DNA of 64,000 nucleotides from an uncultured Candidatus Saccharibacteria bacterium (lineage in GTDB: Bacteria > Patescibacteriota > 4484-211 > JAGQKX01), in the NCBI GenBank assembly GCA_964392315.1, contig CAYMOT010000001.1, forward strand, positions 137,578 to 201,577. Direction: 5' to 3'. Numbering within the stretch: position 1 is the stretch's first letter; every line of letters begins with the position of its first letter. Shown in pieces: positions 28,086 through 39,348 of this stretch. The notes under the pieces were generated by a model that ran no database searches, was not told the origin of the DNA, and was given only the letters and a program-made list of their open reading frames with translations. Both the position numbers and the translations under genes were made by a program.

Positions 28086-28883
28086 ATGAAGCGTGCTACA
28101 TTTCTTATCGGAACTCTCATATCTGCCCTTGTTGCTGGCTACGTATATCCATACTTTAGGTCAGATCAAGAAAAAACAGCTGTTACCCCTCAATCTGGCC
28201 ACATCGAAGTATCCCCCTTACAACCATCACCAATACCACCACAGCCCATTGTCGTGGTACGTGAAGAGCGCGTAGTTGATACACAACAGACAATCATGTA
28301 CCGTCCACAAAACCCTGAGCATGTGCAGGTTCTCATTGTATTTAGCCACGGAAGCAACGAACAGGTGAGCCCTACCGTAGTGCCCAATACATTTGCTGAT
28401 GCACTCCCGGTGTATGGTGAATATTTTGCAAAACAAGGAGGACTCTTTATTGCATCAGAAATGTACGGTGAAAACTGGGGTTCGTCACAAGCGCAAGACC
28501 ACCTTATAACCATTATTCGACTTCTAAAAGGGGAATATCCAACCATACAGCCAGTTTTTTTGTTAGGGTTTAGTATGGGAGGGCTCCCAACCTTACGAAC
28601 CGCCAAACGTATTCCCTCAGAAATTTCCAAAGTAGCGCTTATCGCCCCAACTATATCTATGGACGACTGGAGTAGCCAAGATGCACTAGCACTCGCGTCG
28701 ATCCCTATCACCATATGGCATGGGGATAAGGACGTGAATGTGCCGCTTGCCTTGTCTATGGAGTTTATGGAGCGATTTACGTCTTTTGGCCATACTAATA
28801 TCACCCTCCACAAAATCCCCGGGCAAGTCCATGGGCATTTTGTGCACCCAGAAGAGCTCTGGCAATTCTTCACTGAATCATAA
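28086..28883 (+). CDS. Alpha/beta-hydrolase (esterase/peptidase-like) with N-terminal anchor
   Basis: The first ATG at 28086 (MKRATFLIG...) is preferred. The long upstream extension in the ORF track (from 27486) is antisense to capA. Contains the GxSxG nucleophile elbow LGFSMGG and a late His (VHGHF). Confidence 0.6.
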   Translation: MKRATFLIGTLISALVAGYVYPYFRSDQEKTAVTPQSGHIEVSPLQPSPIPPQPIVVVREERVVDTQQTIMYRPQNPEHVQVLIVFSHGSNEQVSPTVVPNTFADALPVYGEYFAKQGGLFIASEMYGENWGSSQAQDHLITIIRLLKGEYPTIQPVFLLGFSMGGLPTLRTAKRIPSEISKVALIAPTISMDDWSSQDALALASIPITIWHGDKDVNVPLALSMEFMERFTSFGHTNITLHKIPGQVHGHFVHPEELWQFFTES

Positions 28884-28903
28884 ACAGTTGCTACAATGAA
28901 ACT

Positions 28904-30235
28904 ATGGATCCAAATTCGTCGGGAACAACACCGCCCGAGCAAACTGCACAAACTCCTCAACCAAATCAAGTGAAACCGACGATAACCGAAGCGTTGGGGA
29001 AACACCCCAAGGTCGCCATCACTCAAGCTCCCGGTGATATGTCCAAAAAGATATTGCTCCTTGGTGCGTTTTTTGGGATATTGCTGATTGCAGTATTCCT
29101 CTTTCTCTTAACGAACAGACCGAGTACTGAGCAGGATCCGCTTGCGCCAACCCCCACACCAAGCCCCATAGACCCAACCCCAACCCCTACCCCCACGCCT
29201 GCACCGCGCGCACAACGATATGTGGCCTTTATAAAAAATGACCCGCACTCAAACGTGTATATCGTTGAGTCATCAGGTGAAACTACAACAAAGATTACCA
29301 ATAATTCCGATGATCGGACTGTCTATAGCCTCATCAATTGGCAAACGTATGACACCATGGTATATGCCAAATGCGGTGTTAGTGGTGGTGGATGCCAAAT
29401 TATCAAACGGTCCATTACCTCGGGTGAAGAGACAGTTGTTATTGATAGTAGACAGTTTCCTGCTGGTACTGAAATAAGAGCACTTCAATATGATAATAAA
29501 GGAGACACGTTAGGGGTATATTATGAAGCCCCTGATGGTCGCGCGTTCGCAACGCTCTTTGAAGATGACCGACAGATATCACTTAAAGAGTTTCCGGTCA
29601 AAAACCCCCGTGAAGCAGTATTTGCAGATGAAATATCTGTCACATTTTCTCCTGACGATGCCCATGTAATCATCGTGACAACCGTACATTCGCCAAACAC
29701 TGATCCAAAATTTCCGACACTATACGTTTTTAATACCGACACTGGGGCTGCACTTTTTGGGCTGGGAAGCAATAGCCTATTGGCCCATACACCGCATTGG
29801 ACGTCAAACCTGACATTCTTGTTTTCACAAGACGATCAAATACTTGAAAAGAATATTCGCACTCAAGGGGAGATTATCGTATTACCCACCGACCCCAGAA
29901 ATTTGGAGGTTTCAGAACTTTATGATGGAAAGTACACCGCAGATAATACACTTACGTTCTGGACTACCCTAGAAGATGGAAGGACCAGTATAGGAATATC
30001 AACGGGATCTCCTCTTCCAAATTGGCTGGTACTAAAAACAAACAATTTTTATAAACCTGAATGGTACTCAGCAACCCTGGTGGCAGCTCTTGAAACCCGC
30101 GAGGCGCCTTCTAGTGAGCAAGGAGCGTTTTTACCAACCGGCAGAATGATGATGATTAATGTTCTCAACAGCAGCAGTTACGAACTTACCGATACCGGTG
30201 TTGTAGAGTTGGCAGTCGAACCATTACAAAAATAA
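28904..30235 (+). CDS. Hypothetical membrane-anchored beta-propeller (TolB/PD40-like) protein with PT linker
   Basis: A TM helix is followed by PTPTPSPIDPTPTPTPTPAP and then repeated beta-strand-rich units. Confidence 0.4.
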   Translation: MDPNSSGTTPPEQTAQTPQPNQVKPTITEALGKHPKVAITQAPGDMSKKILLLGAFFGILLIAVFLFLLTNRPSTEQDPLAPTPTPSPIDPTPTPTPTPAPRAQRYVAFIKNDPHSNVYIVESSGETTTKITNNSDDRTVYSLINWQTYDTMVYAKCGVSGGGCQIIKRSITSGEETVVIDSRQFPAGTEIRALQYDNKGDTLGVYYEAPDGRAFATLFEDDRQISLKEFPVKNPREAVFADEISVTFSPDDAHVIIVTTVHSPNTDPKFPTLYVFNTDTGAALFGLGSNSLLAHTPHWTSNLTFLFSQDDQILEKNIRTQGEIIVLPTDPRNLEVSELYDGKYTADNTLTFWTTLEDGRTSIGISTGSPLPNWLVLKTNNFYKPEWYSATLVAALETREAPSSEQGAFLPTGRMMMINVLNSSSYELTDTGVVELAVEPLQK

Positions 30236-30343
30236 AAACATACGGTTACTAAACCGGAGTTTTTTGTTCCACTGTGAGTAATACTATTAGAGTGCTCATT
30301 CCAGTCTCAAAAGGCATGCGGTTTTTGCGCTCTTGGAATAATT

Positions 30344-31117
30344 ATGACGTATCTTGACGCAATAATATTGGGGGTAATACAAGGTGTTACTGAGTTTATT
30401 CCTGTAAGCAGCGATGGCCATTTAGCATTGGCAGAAAATCTAGGACTTGTCGGTGATGTCCCCTTCTTTTTTACCGTAAGCGTCCACTTAGGAACGCTTA
30501 TCGCTACGGTGTTCTTTTTTCGGAATATAATCCTCGATCTTATCAGGCGATTATTTCAGAAAGATACCACCGCCTTCTCTTTTTTGTTTGCACTTGGAGT
30601 CGGAACAATTCCTGCTGGTATCGCCGGGATACTTTTGAACGACTCGATCGATCAGCTGAGTACATCCCTGGCCGTTACAGGTTTTGGTTTTTTATTGTCT
30701 ATGTGTTGGTTACTCGGTATTTACCGAGTGCCTGCTCGTGAAAAGAAACAAACTGCATCCCTGAAAGATGCTGCCATTATTGGGCTTTTACAGGCAACGG
30801 CGTTACTTCCTGGTGCCTCGCGGTCGGGCGCTACGCTGTTTGGTGGAAAGCTGCGAGGGCTCTCTTCAGAAGACGCATTTACCTTCTCGTTTTTGTTATC
30901 GATACCGGCAATTCTTGGAGCCTTAGCATTGCAACTCCTTAACGCTCAGGTGAGCGCTGTACCTCAAAGTATTGTGGGGGGTGTAATGTCAACAATTGTA
31001 GGCATTGGGGCACTCACATTTCTCAAAAAAGTAGTTGTTTCAAACAAACTCTATGTATTAGCCGTATACTGTGGGATCCTGGGCGTTGTATCCTTACTGC
31101 TCGCTTATTCGAGGTAA
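30344..31117 (+). CDS. uppP: Undecaprenyl-diphosphatase
   Basis: The N-terminus [21 protein letters not shown] and the PGxSRSG motif ([10 protein letters not shown]) are diagnostic for UppP/BacA. Confidence 0.85.
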   Translation: MTYLDAIILGVIQGVTEFIPVSSDGHLALAENLGLVGDVPFFFTVSVHLGTLIATVFFFRNIILDLIRRLFQKDTTAFSFLFALGVGTIPAGIAGILLNDSIDQLSTSLAVTGFGFLLSMCWLLGIYRVPAREKKQTASLKDAAIIGLLQATALLPGASRSGATLFGGKLRGLSSEDAFTFSFLLSIPAILGALALQLLNAQVSAVPQSIVGGVMSTIVGIGALTFLKKVVVSNKLYVLAVYCGILGVVSLLLAYSR

Positions 31118-32226
31118 TCCTTCAGTTTGCGAGCTCGGGTTGGGTGCTTTAGTTTCCGTAGCGCCTTTGCCTCTATTTGTCGAATCCGTTCTCGAGTCAC
31201 GCCAAAAAACTTTCCTACTTCTTCAAGCGTTCTATTTCTCCCATCTTCTAGGCCATATCGTAGTTCAAGCACTTTCTTTTCACGAGGGGATAGTGTGTCA
31301 AGCACCTCACGCATATGTTCCTTGAGCAATTCAGAAGATGCTGCTTCGTCCGGCTTTGCAACCACTTCGTCTTCTATAAAGTCCCCCAATCGCGATTCTT
31401 CATCATCGCCAACCTTCTTCTCAAGAGAAATAGGTTCCTGCGCTATTTTAATAATTTCACGTGCTCTGTCAGAAGGAATGCCCATTTCTTTGGCGACTTC
31501 TTCGGGCGAAGGTGGACGCCCAAGGTCCTGTGCCATCCGACGGCTAATCCTAATAAACTTATTGATCGTCTCAACCATGTGTACCGGAATACGGATGGTA
31601 CGTGCCTGATCTGCGATAGCTCTGGTTATTGCTTGACGAATCCACCACGTTGCATATGTAGAAAATTTGAACCCTCGACGCCAGTCATATTTCTTCACTG
31701 CCTTCATAAGTCCGGTGTTTCCTTCTTGTATCAAATCGAGCATGTCCAAACCGCGTCCAAGATACTTCTTTGCTACCGACACAACAAGCCGTAGGTTAGA
31801 ACGTATCAAAATTTTTACTGCTTCTTGATCACCCTGCTCTACGCGCTTTGCGAGCGAAACTTCCTCCTCATGTGTTAGGAGTGGCACTTGGCCTATTTCG
31901 GATAGATACATTCGTGCGGGGTCAGAAGGGGATTTACTTGTACGGCGGGTAATCTTTTCAATCTTCTCTTGTAGGTCACGTTCTATGCTTTTTTCTGCCT
32001 TTTCGACCGTTTCTCCTGAAGATACGTCCAAGACCTCAATATTATGTTCTAACAGGGTATTATACAAACTATCAAGCTGCTCAATATTTTCTTCGGCAGT
32101 GGGGAATATCTCTATGATAGAATCAAGCGTAATATACCCCTGTTTCTTGCCTTTCCGAATAAGTTTTTTGATGTTGAGTGCCTCTGCGCGTGATGTCATA
32201 ACAGTATCCCCTGTATTGTACAACAA
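31105..32226 (-). CDS. rpoD: RNA polymerase sigma factor RpoD (sigma-70)
   Basis: Region 2.4, 3 and 4 motifs [27 protein letters not shown] and [20 protein letters not shown]. The true start may be the internal M (MTSRAE...) 27 nt downstream of the ORF start. Confidence 0.9.
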   Translation of the reverse strand: MLYNTGDTVMTSRAEALNIKKLIRKGKKQGYITLDSIIEIFPTAEENIEQLDSLYNTLLEHNIEVLDVSSGETVEKAEKSIERDLQEKIEKITRRTSKSPSDPARMYLSEIGQVPLLTHEEEVSLAKRVEQGDQEAVKILIRSNLRLVVSVAKKYLGRGLDMLDLIQEGNTGLMKAVKKYDWRRGFKFSTYATWWIRQAITRAIADQARTIRIPVHMVETINKFIRISRRMAQDLGRPPSPEEVAKEMGIPSDRAREIIKIAQEPISLEKKVGDDEESRLGDFIEDEVVAKPDEAASSELLKEHMREVLDTLSPREKKVLELRYGLEDGRNRTLEEVGKFFGVTRERIRQIEAKALRKLKHPTRARKLKDYLE

Positions 32227-34032
32227 CTACTGGATTATCTTCATTTCTCTGAGTTGTCGCGTATGCATACGGATCTCTTCATGAATCTGCTGAATCTCCT
32301 CTGACCCCTCAGGCAATTGTTCTTTAATACGTGTCAGTTCCTTAATCCTTCTTCTAAAGTATGATTCCTCTAAATGAGACAACGTTTGCACGAGTTCATG
32401 CGCTGCAGACGAATCGTCTCTAAGCACATCACCAAAATCATACATGATGATCTTGTGCATACGTTCCTGCAAATCTTCTGGTAAAGATTGTATACTACTT
32501 GTCAACGAATCTGGACTTTTCCGCAGTGCATCCTGGATATGTTCAAAAATTGCCCGCAGATCTGGTTGGGTAAATACGTCTGGATGTGCTGTTGAGAGGC
32601 TATTTTGTATCTCTGTTTTTTTTAACACTTCATCCGACACATTCCCTAATAGGGCAATCATGTATTCCTCAATCCGTTCTTGGCGTGAGACCGGTTTTTC
32701 AAAGTTGGGAAGAGAGGTACTAGTTGCAGTAATGTTGGCAGAAGTGGCCTGTTGTGATTGCTTCCACAAAGTAAAGTCTTTCAACAGGGCAGTTAACGGC
32801 ACTGAGAGTTCACGCGAGAGCATTTCTAAGTACTGGTTCTGTACTACACTGTCAGACAGTGCATGCACAAATTCAAACACGTGTTCTGCGACTTTTTTTG
32901 CGTCATACGCAGAACTACCTGGGTGTAACTGCCGGGCACGCTTCAAAAAATAATCGAATGCACTCATAGCATGTACAAGATCGTTCCGAAACGCACTCGG
33001 ATCTTTTCTCACTGCCTCATCTGGATCCTTGCCATGAGTCAACTGCACAATTTTTATTTCAAACCCCTCAGACGCAGCCTCACGCGCTGCTCGCTCACTT
33101 GCCATCCTTCCAGCCTCATCCATATCAAATACCACCATAATACGTGTACAAATGCGTTTAAGGAGCTTCAGCTGCTCAACAGTGAGACCGGTACCAAGCG
33201 GAGCTACCACTTGTGTAAGCCCATTCTGATGCAACGAAATAACATCCACATTACCCTCCACGAGTACTGCATATCCTTTTTTCTGGATTACCTCTTGCGC
33301 TTTATCGTATCCATAGAGCAAGCTACCTTTCTTAAAGAGTATAGTTTCAGGGGTGTTTATGTACTTCGCCTGCTCGTCTTTTTTGAGCGTTCTCCCACTA
33401 AATCCCACAACCCGCCCCATATGGTCCGATACCGGAAACATCACCCTATCCCGAAATCGATCATACATCCCGATTCGTGATCGGTTCGAAGGGACAGCAA
33501 GGCCTGAATCTATAATCTCAACTTGAGCATAGCCCTTCTTAAGAAAATAGGTGCACCCTGCATCCCACGAATCTAATGCATATCCTAGGCCGAAAGCTTG
33601 TACGCTCGTAGACGAAACTTCGCGTGACTGAAGATACTCATACGCAATGCGACCTTCCTGCTTTTGCACATTTGCCTGGAAATAATCTGCTGCGTCTGCG
33701 AGAAGCCGCAATAAACGTTCTTTCTTTTGTCCTCTTGCGGGATCGCTCGTTTTTTGTAAAGTTATTCCTGCTCGTCTCGCCAAAAGTTCTAAAGCCTCAC
33801 CAAACGAAAGGTTCTCTTTTTCCATCACAAAACTGTACACATCTCCTCCTCGCTGACACCCAAAACAATAGTACATACCTTTGTCCGGACGTACAAAAAA
33901 TGAGGGGGTTTTCTCAGCGTGAAAGGGACATATACCTTTGAAGTTTTTGCCTGTTTGGGTGAGTTTTGTGTACTGACGAATAGTTTCAACAATATCGATC
34001 TTCTCCCGCACATTCTCGACGTCGTCTTGCAT
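32227..34032 (-). CDS. dnaG: DNA primase
   Basis: CHC2 zinc finger CPFHAEKTPSFFV...YYCFGC and a Toprim domain (EGNVDVISL...DMDEAG). The stop abuts the rpoD start, which is the classic dnaG-rpoD operon arrangement. Confidence 0.9.
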   Translation of the reverse strand: MQDDVENVREKIDIVETIRQYTKLTQTGKNFKGICPFHAEKTPSFFVRPDKGMYYCFGCQRGGDVYSFVMEKENLSFGEALELLARRAGITLQKTSDPARGQKKERLLRLLADAADYFQANVQKQEGRIAYEYLQSREVSSTSVQAFGLGYALDSWDAGCTYFLKKGYAQVEIIDSGLAVPSNRSRIGMYDRFRDRVMFPVSDHMGRVVGFSGRTLKKDEQAKYINTPETILFKKGSLLYGYDKAQEVIQKKGYAVLVEGNVDVISLHQNGLTQVVAPLGTGLTVEQLKLLKRICTRIMVVFDMDEAGRMASERAAREAASEGFEIKIVQLTHGKDPDEAVRKDPSAFRNDLVHAMSAFDYFLKRARQLHPGSSAYDAKKVAEHVFEFVHALSDSVVQNQYLEMLSRELSVPLTALLKDFTLWKQSQQATSANITATSTSLPNFEKPVSRQERIEEYMIALLGNVSDEVLKKTEIQNSLSTAHPDVFTQPDLRAIFEHIQDALRKSPDSLTSSIQSLPEDLQERMHKIIMYDFGDVLRDDSSAAHELVQTLSHLEESYFRRRIKELTRIKEQLPEGSEEIQQIHEEIRMHTRQLREMKIIQ

Positions 34033-34054
34033 GGGTGTATTGTAACATCCAGTT

Positions 34055-34738
34055 TTAATACGGGTCAGGATACCACTTGGCGTATCGCACCTTCTTGAGT
34101 TCGACCGTTGAGTCGGTTATGGTTAAATAACTTCCGTAGCCATTTTTGATATCTCCCAATACAATGAGTCCATTTTTGCGTTCATCACGCGCCATATGGA
34201 CGTGTCCAAATACAAAGAGTTTTCCTTTCTCATAATTGCTCTTTGCAAACTCTCTGAATATGAGCCATCCGTGCAACTTGTCGGGGAAAAAGTATTTTGA
34301 ATAATATCCGAAGAGTTTGTAACCCAATGACTCCGCTTTACTATAGAGATACTCAACAAAATTCATTTTACGCGTATGCCGTTTACGATCCACATACGGA
34401 TCAAGACGATGACCATGTTCAATATAGAATGTAAGCCCATTACTCAGCAGTATATGATTGTCTTTTTGTTCTATTGAAAATTGTGCGGTTTTTTCGTTAC
34501 AGGCTGCTTTTGCATCATGATTGCCATAAATATAAATAGCATTTCTTTCGAGGAGCAACGGAAAAAGGGTATTCCATCCTGAGACCAAAAATTCATCAAT
34601 CGTACAGTGATCACTATCCCAGAAATCTCCGTTAATAATAACTTGGTCTGCGTTCTTAATTATCGATTCTAGGAAGACATACTTTTTTTCTTCCATCTTG
34701 GGGGTAAGGTGCGTATCAGAGAAAATGACTGTCTTCAC
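34055..34738 (-). CDS. Calcineurin-like metallophosphoesterase
   Basis: Motifs DxH (FSDTHL), GDFWD and GNHD. The ORF-track N-terminus (up to 34879) runs antisense through tRNA-Ser and is rejected. The start is uncertain; a GTG at 34738 is proposed. Confidence 0.55.
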   Translation of the reverse strand: MKTVIFSDTHLTPKMEEKKYVFLESIIKNADQVIINGDFWDSDHCTIDEFLVSGWNTLFPLLLERNAIYIYGNHDAKAACNEKTAQFSIEQKDNHILLSNGLTFYIEHGHRLDPYVDRKRHTRKMNFVEYLYSKAESLGYKLFGYYSKYFFPDKLHGWLIFREFAKSNYEKGKLFVFGHVHMARDERKNGLIVLGDIKNGYGSYLTITDSTVELKKVRYAKWYPDPY

Positions 34739-34790
34739 AAGTCTAGTGTACCACGCTACATCAACGAATGTGCTACAATCGGGGAGATCT

Positions 34791-34878
34791 GGAGGGATGC
34801 GGGAGTGGCCTATCCGGCTCGCTTGGAAAGCGACGCGCTCGCAAGGGCACGAGGGTTCGAATCCCTCTCCCTCCGCCA
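34791..34878 (+). tRNA. tRNA-Ser (anticodon GGA), type II with long variable arm
   Basis: 88 nt with acceptor GGAGGGA/TCCCTCC. The D-arm contains GAGTGGC. The anticodon loop TTGGAAA gives anticodon GGA. There is a long variable arm, a T arm GAGGG-TTCGAAT-CCCTC, and an encoded CCA. Confidence 0.8.
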
Positions 34879-34888
34879 ATAAACTTGA

Positions 34889-36025
34889 TTATCCCAGCAT
34901 CTTTTCCCACCATTTCTTCGGGTGTTTTTCGAGTTGTAGGAGGCCAGTGAGGTGCTCTTTTTGTTCTTTTGAGAGCTTGGTGGGTGTCTCAACTCGTACC
35001 GTGACAACTTGATCTCCGTTTCGATGAGCGCGCGGACTTTCTATTCCTTTCCCTTTGAGGACTATCTCTTCACCAGACTGAATGCCTGGCTTGATAGTTA
35101 CCGTTTCTTCGCCATGTATTGTAGGCACGGTAATCGTATCACCCAGCGCTGCTTGAGCAAACGATATTGGCAGCGTGATATGGATATCATTGTCTCTTCG
35201 TACGAAGAATTTATGCTGCTGCACCTTAAATCGGATGTATAAATCTCCTGCGCCTCCACCACGCTCACCAGCACTACCGCGTCCGGAAAAGCGCAAACGG
35301 GTTCCTGTATCTACACCCGCAGGTACTGTAAATGTAAACTGCTCTTCGGTCTGAATCCGGCCGTTCCCTCTACAATTAGTACACTTATCTTTAACCACTT
35401 CACCTGTACCCTGACAGGTAGGACACGCAGTTACCGTACTAAACATAGCACCAAACACACTTTGTTGTGACCGAACTTGCCCTTGTCCACCACAAGTAGT
35501 ACAGGTCGCCGGCTTAGTCCCTTCTTTTGCACCACTGCCATCACAAACCGTACACGTAACATATCGTGAATACCGCAGCGTCTTTTCGGCACCATGTACT
35601 GCTTCATCAAAAGTAAGCTCCACCCGCGCCTCAAGGTCTGTTCCTCGTCTTCGTGAAGTCTGGGTATTAGTCCGGAAGCCGCCTCCGAAGAATTGTTCAA
35701 AAATATCAAATGGATCGGAAAATCCACCGAATCCGGCATTTCCAAACCCAGCGTATGCATTGCCAAATCCGCCAAACCCTCCTTGTCCAGCACCGGAAGC
35801 GGGGTCGAACGCCGCATGTCCGAATCGATCGTATGCTGCCCGTTTTTCCTCATCAGATAATACTTGGTATGCTTCACCAACCTCTTTAAACTTTGCCTCT
35901 GCATGAGGTTCTTTGTTTAGATCTGGATGGTATTGCTTGGCAAGTTTTTTGTATGCCTTCTTTATTTCGTCTGGTGATGCACCTTTCGATACACCAAGAA
36001 TGTCATAATAATCTTGCTTTGCCAT
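34889..36025 (-). CDS. dnaJ: Chaperone DnaJ
   Basis: J domain with HPD (YYDILGV...HPD), a G/F region, and four CxxCxGxG zinc-finger repeats. Confidence 0.9.
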   Translation of the reverse strand: MAKQDYYDILGVSKGASPDEIKKAYKKLAKQYHPDLNKEPHAEAKFKEVGEAYQVLSDEEKRAAYDRFGHAAFDPASGAGQGGFGGFGNAYAGFGNAGFGGFSDPFDIFEQFFGGGFRTNTQTSRRRGTDLEARVELTFDEAVHGAEKTLRYSRYVTCTVCDGSGAKEGTKPATCTTCGGQGQVRSQQSVFGAMFSTVTACPTCQGTGEVVKDKCTNCRGNGRIQTEEQFTFTVPAGVDTGTRLRFSGRGSAGERGGGAGDLYIRFKVQQHKFFVRRDNDIHITLPISFAQAALGDTITVPTIHGEETVTIKPGIQSGEEIVLKGKGIESPRAHRNGDQVVTVRVETPTKLSKEQKEHLTGLLQLEKHPKKWWEKMLG

Positions 36026-36129
36026 AATAAAAAAAGGAGCCTTCAGGAGCCGCTGAGCACAACTCCGAAACTCCTTTGATCATGAACCTATTTATTCTAC
36101 GTCACCTACACTTCTCTATTCGTTCGGGC

Positions 36130-38025
36130 TTATTTCTCATTATTCTCTTTCTCATCCACTACCTCCCCCTCAACTGGCTCCGTCCCATCAGTTGTCTGAC
36201 TTTCCTCCCCAGGGGCGGCCGCACTAGACTCGGATTGCTTGTATAGTTCTGACCCAATCTTTTGGATTGTCTCACTTAATTCATTCATCCCTTTTTCTAT
36301 TTCTTCAGTACTTTCACCCTTTAGCACGGTTTGCAACGCGTCTAGTTTCTCTTGTACTTGATCTTTGATTGACTGATCGACTTTATCTCCGGCATCCTTG
36401 AGGGCCTTTTCGGCAGTATATACGAGCGTTTCCGCACGATTTCGAACCTCTATTGCCTCTTTCTTCTTTTCATCCTCAGCCTTGTGTGCCTCTGCCTCCT
36501 GGCGCATTTTTTCAATTTCGTCCTTATTGAGTCCCGTTGAATCGGTAATGGTGATCTTTTGCTCGGTGCCGGTTGCCTTGTCTTTCGCTGAAACATGCAG
36601 GATACCATTCGCATCAATATCAAATGTTACCTCTACCTGGGGAATACCTCGTGGCGCGGGGGGAATACCAGACAATATGAATTTACCGAGCGTCTTGTTG
36701 TCAGGCGCCATAGGCCGTTCTCCTTGCAAGACATGAATTTCTACCGACGTCTGATTGTCTGCCGCAGTTGAAAATATTTGGCTTTTTGAGGTAGGTATGG
36801 TGGTATTACGCTCTATAAGTGGAGTCATAACACTTCCTAATGTCTCGATTCCCAATGTCAACGGTGTTACGTCCAGCAACAACACGTCCTTTACTTCTCC
36901 GCCTAACACCCCAGCCTGTATCGCTGCGCCGATCGCGACCACTTCATCCGGATTAACACCTTTGTTGGGCTCTTTACCGAAGTACTCTTTTACCGCCTCT
37001 TGTACGCGTGGCATGCGCGTCTGTCCTCCTACAAGAATAACCTCGTGGATGTCTTCTTTTTTCACACCTGCATCTTTTATTGCCTGGTCAACGGATTTGA
37101 ATGTTCGAGCCACGAGTTCTTCGGTCAACGATTCTAGTTTTGCACGAGTAATTCGTACTTGTAGGTGTTTTGGCCCTGATTGATCAGCGGTGATGAATGG
37201 AATATTAACCTCTGTTTCCTGTTTGCTGGAGAGCTCAATCTTTGCCTTCTCAGAAGCATCACGAAGCCGTTGCAGTGCCTGTTTGTCCTTCATCAAATCA
37301 ATTGCCTGTTCTTTTTTGAATTCAGCAACGAGATGTTCAATAAGGACATTATCAAAATCATCTCCCCCAAGGTGTGTGTCTCCTGCAGTTGACTTAACCT
37401 CAAAAACCCCATCGCCCACCTCAAGAATCGAAATGTCAAACGTTCCACCACCCAAGTCATACACCGCGATAAGTTCATTATCTTTTTTATCGAGCCCATA
37501 CGCCAACGACGCTGCGGTAGGTTCGTTGATAATACGCTTTACCTCAAACCCTGCGATTTCTCCTGCTTGCTTCGTTGCCTGGCGCTGCGAGTCGTCAAAG
37601 TAAGCCGGCACGGTAATAACTGCAGCATGCACTTTCTCCCCGAGGTAACTCTCCGCGTCTGCTTTCAGCTTTGCAAGAATCTTTGCAGAGATTTCCTGTG
37701 GTGTATATTTTTTACCCTCGACCTCCACAACCGCCATGTCATCCTTACCTCCAGCTATTTCATACGACACATACTCTTTAGCACGCTTTACTTCGGGATC
37801 TTTTTCTTTAAGTCCCATGATTCGCTTAATACTTTGGATGGTCTTTTGTGGCGCTACCACTAATTGACGCTTGGCAGGCTCACCAACAATATTGTCTATC
37901 ACGTCGACGACGCTAGGTATCGTATTGCGCCCCTCTGCTGACGGGATAACTTTGGGTTGGCCACCCTCCATTACCGCAACGACTGAATTAGTTGTTCCGA
38001 GGTCGATTCCGACTATTTTTGACAT
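36130..38025 (-). CDS. dnaK: Chaperone DnaK (Hsp70)
   Basis: [18 protein letters not shown], and [17 protein letters not shown]. Confidence 0.95.
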   Translation of the reverse strand: MSKIVGIDLGTTNSVVAVMEGGQPKVIPSAEGRNTIPSVVDVIDNIVGEPAKRQLVVAPQKTIQSIKRIMGLKEKDPEVKRAKEYVSYEIAGGKDDMAVVEVEGKKYTPQEISAKILAKLKADAESYLGEKVHAAVITVPAYFDDSQRQATKQAGEIAGFEVKRIINEPTAASLAYGLDKKDNELIAVYDLGGGTFDISILEVGDGVFEVKSTAGDTHLGGDDFDNVLIEHLVAEFKKEQAIDLMKDKQALQRLRDASEKAKIELSSKQETEVNIPFITADQSGPKHLQVRITRAKLESLTEELVARTFKSVDQAIKDAGVKKEDIHEVILVGGQTRMPRVQEAVKEYFGKEPNKGVNPDEVVAIGAAIQAGVLGGEVKDVLLLDVTPLTLGIETLGSVMTPLIERNTTIPTSKSQIFSTAADNQTSVEIHVLQGERPMAPDNKTLGKFILSGIPPAPRGIPQVEVTFDIDANGILHVSAKDKATGTEQKITITDSTGLNKDEIEKMRQEAEAHKAEDEKKKEAIEVRNRAETLVYTAEKALKDAGDKVDQSIKDQVQEKLDALQTVLKGESTEEIEKGMNELSETIQKIGSELYKQSESSAAAPGEESQTTDGTEPVEGEVVDEKENNEK

Positions 38026-38062
38026 AATTTCAAGTTAAACACCAAATACTACTATGTGCTGT

Positions 38063-38449
38063 TTATTTTTTAACCTTTACTCTCCCATGACGCACGATCT
38101 TTTCATGTAGTTTGTACGCATGAGAGTATACGGTGTCAACCGTCTCACCCTCACCGTCGATAGCTTCCATAAGATTAGCGTCAAATCTTGTACCTTCAGT
38201 AATTTCCACTTTCTCAAAACCTTCTTGTGCCAATAAATCACTAAATTGCTTCATAACCATCTCAAACCCTTCAAGCACACTCAAAATTTTCATGAGTAGC
38301 ACTTGGTTAGAGAATTTTATGACATCCTGCTTCTCTTTTTCAAAACGTTTTTGTAAATTCTGATAATCAGCCAGTGCTCTCTTAAGCTGATCACTCAAAT
38401 CTCCCTGCCCACTTTGGTTTTGGTCGTGTGCATCCTTTTTATGCGTCAT
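38063..38449 (-). CDS. grpE: Nucleotide exchange factor GrpE (short form)
   Basis: 128 aa with a GrpE-like coiled coil (ALADYQNLQKRFEKEKQD) and a C-terminal beta domain. It sits between hrcA and dnaK. Confidence 0.7.
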   Translation of the reverse strand: MTHKKDAHDQNQSGQGDLSDQLKRALADYQNLQKRFEKEKQDVIKFSNQVLLMKILSVLEGFEMVMKQFSDLLAQEGFEKVEITEGTRFDANLMEAIDGEGETVDTVYSHAYKLHEKIVRHGRVKVKK

Positions 38450-38458
38450 ATAGTATCG

Positions 38459-39187
38459 TTACCAAGATCGGGTCATTTGATCCAAAATCCGCTTGAAGTA
38501 CCGAACGAGCGGCATAATACGTGCGTAATTCAAGCGCATTGGACCTAACACCCCTAGCTGGGCCATCTGCCCATTGGGAAGGGAAAATCGTGCATAAATC
38601 AAACCACATTGCGAAAGCCCTGTGATCCCCATTTCATCTGCGAGCAACACCCCAACCTCTTGCTCAGGCACTGCATTCTCAAATATAGACAACAACACCT
38701 CAGCGCGATCGAGCATGTGCAATACACTGCGCGTAAGATCTATATTGTAAAACTCAGGGTGGCGCAGAACGTGTACACTTCCCGCATGATATACCCGCCC
38801 ATCCGTCGTCACTACAATAGCAAGGTTTTGTGCCTCATCTGCAAGCGCGGTGACCATCTGACGAAGCATTCTATCGACATCATGCCGCTGTTCCCAAACC
38901 CGCTGCTTGATTGTAACCTCCGCGACGACCGGGATTTCCTGCTCTTCCATCAGCTGTTTTATATACAGACGATAGGCGAGCGGACCGGGAATACGTCCTG
39001 CAGATATATGCTCTTTTACAAGGTACCCAAGCTCTACCAAATCAGCCATCTCATTACGCAATGTGGCTGGAGACACGTGTAGATCATACTTTGAAGCAAG
39101 GGTTTCTGACCCTACTGCTTCTGCTGTCTCGGTATATTCCCGCACAATTGCCTTGAGAATTTGTAACTGGCGATCAGTAAGATCCAT
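38459..39187 (-). CDS. hrcA: Heat-inducible transcription repressor HrcA (short form)
   Basis: N-terminal winged helix LTDRQLQILKAIVREYTETAEAVGSETLA. It is the first gene of the hrcA-grpE-dnaK-dnaJ cluster. Confidence 0.7.
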   Translation of the reverse strand: MDLTDRQLQILKAIVREYTETAEAVGSETLASKYDLHVSPATLRNEMADLVELGYLVKEHISAGRIPGPLAYRLYIKQLMEEQEIPVVAEVTIKQRVWEQRHDVDRMLRQMVTALADEAQNLAIVVTTDGRVYHAGSVHVLRHPEFYNIDLTRSVLHMLDRAEVLLSIFENAVPEQEVGVLLADEMGITGLSQCGLIYARFSLPNGQMAQLGVLGPMRLNYARIMPLVRYFKRILDQMTRSW

Positions 39188-39319
39188 ATTATCAACCGAT
39201 ATAACACATCTGCCAAACCAATGTCAACGGGTAGGGCACATAAGCAATTTTATGGCTACACAAAAGGTTAAAGAGCACTACCTACCAACCCACCAATACA
39301 TAGCACTCGATTAAAGGTA

Positions 39320-39348
39320 TTGACAAAGACAGACCTAATTTATATCAT
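39320..39348 (+). promoter_or_regulatory. Candidate sigma-70-type promoter for hsp20 (TTGACA, about 17 nt, TATCAT)
   Basis: TTGACA at 39320-39325 and TATCAT about 17 nt downstream, roughly 125 nt before the hsp20 ATG. Confidence 0.3.
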
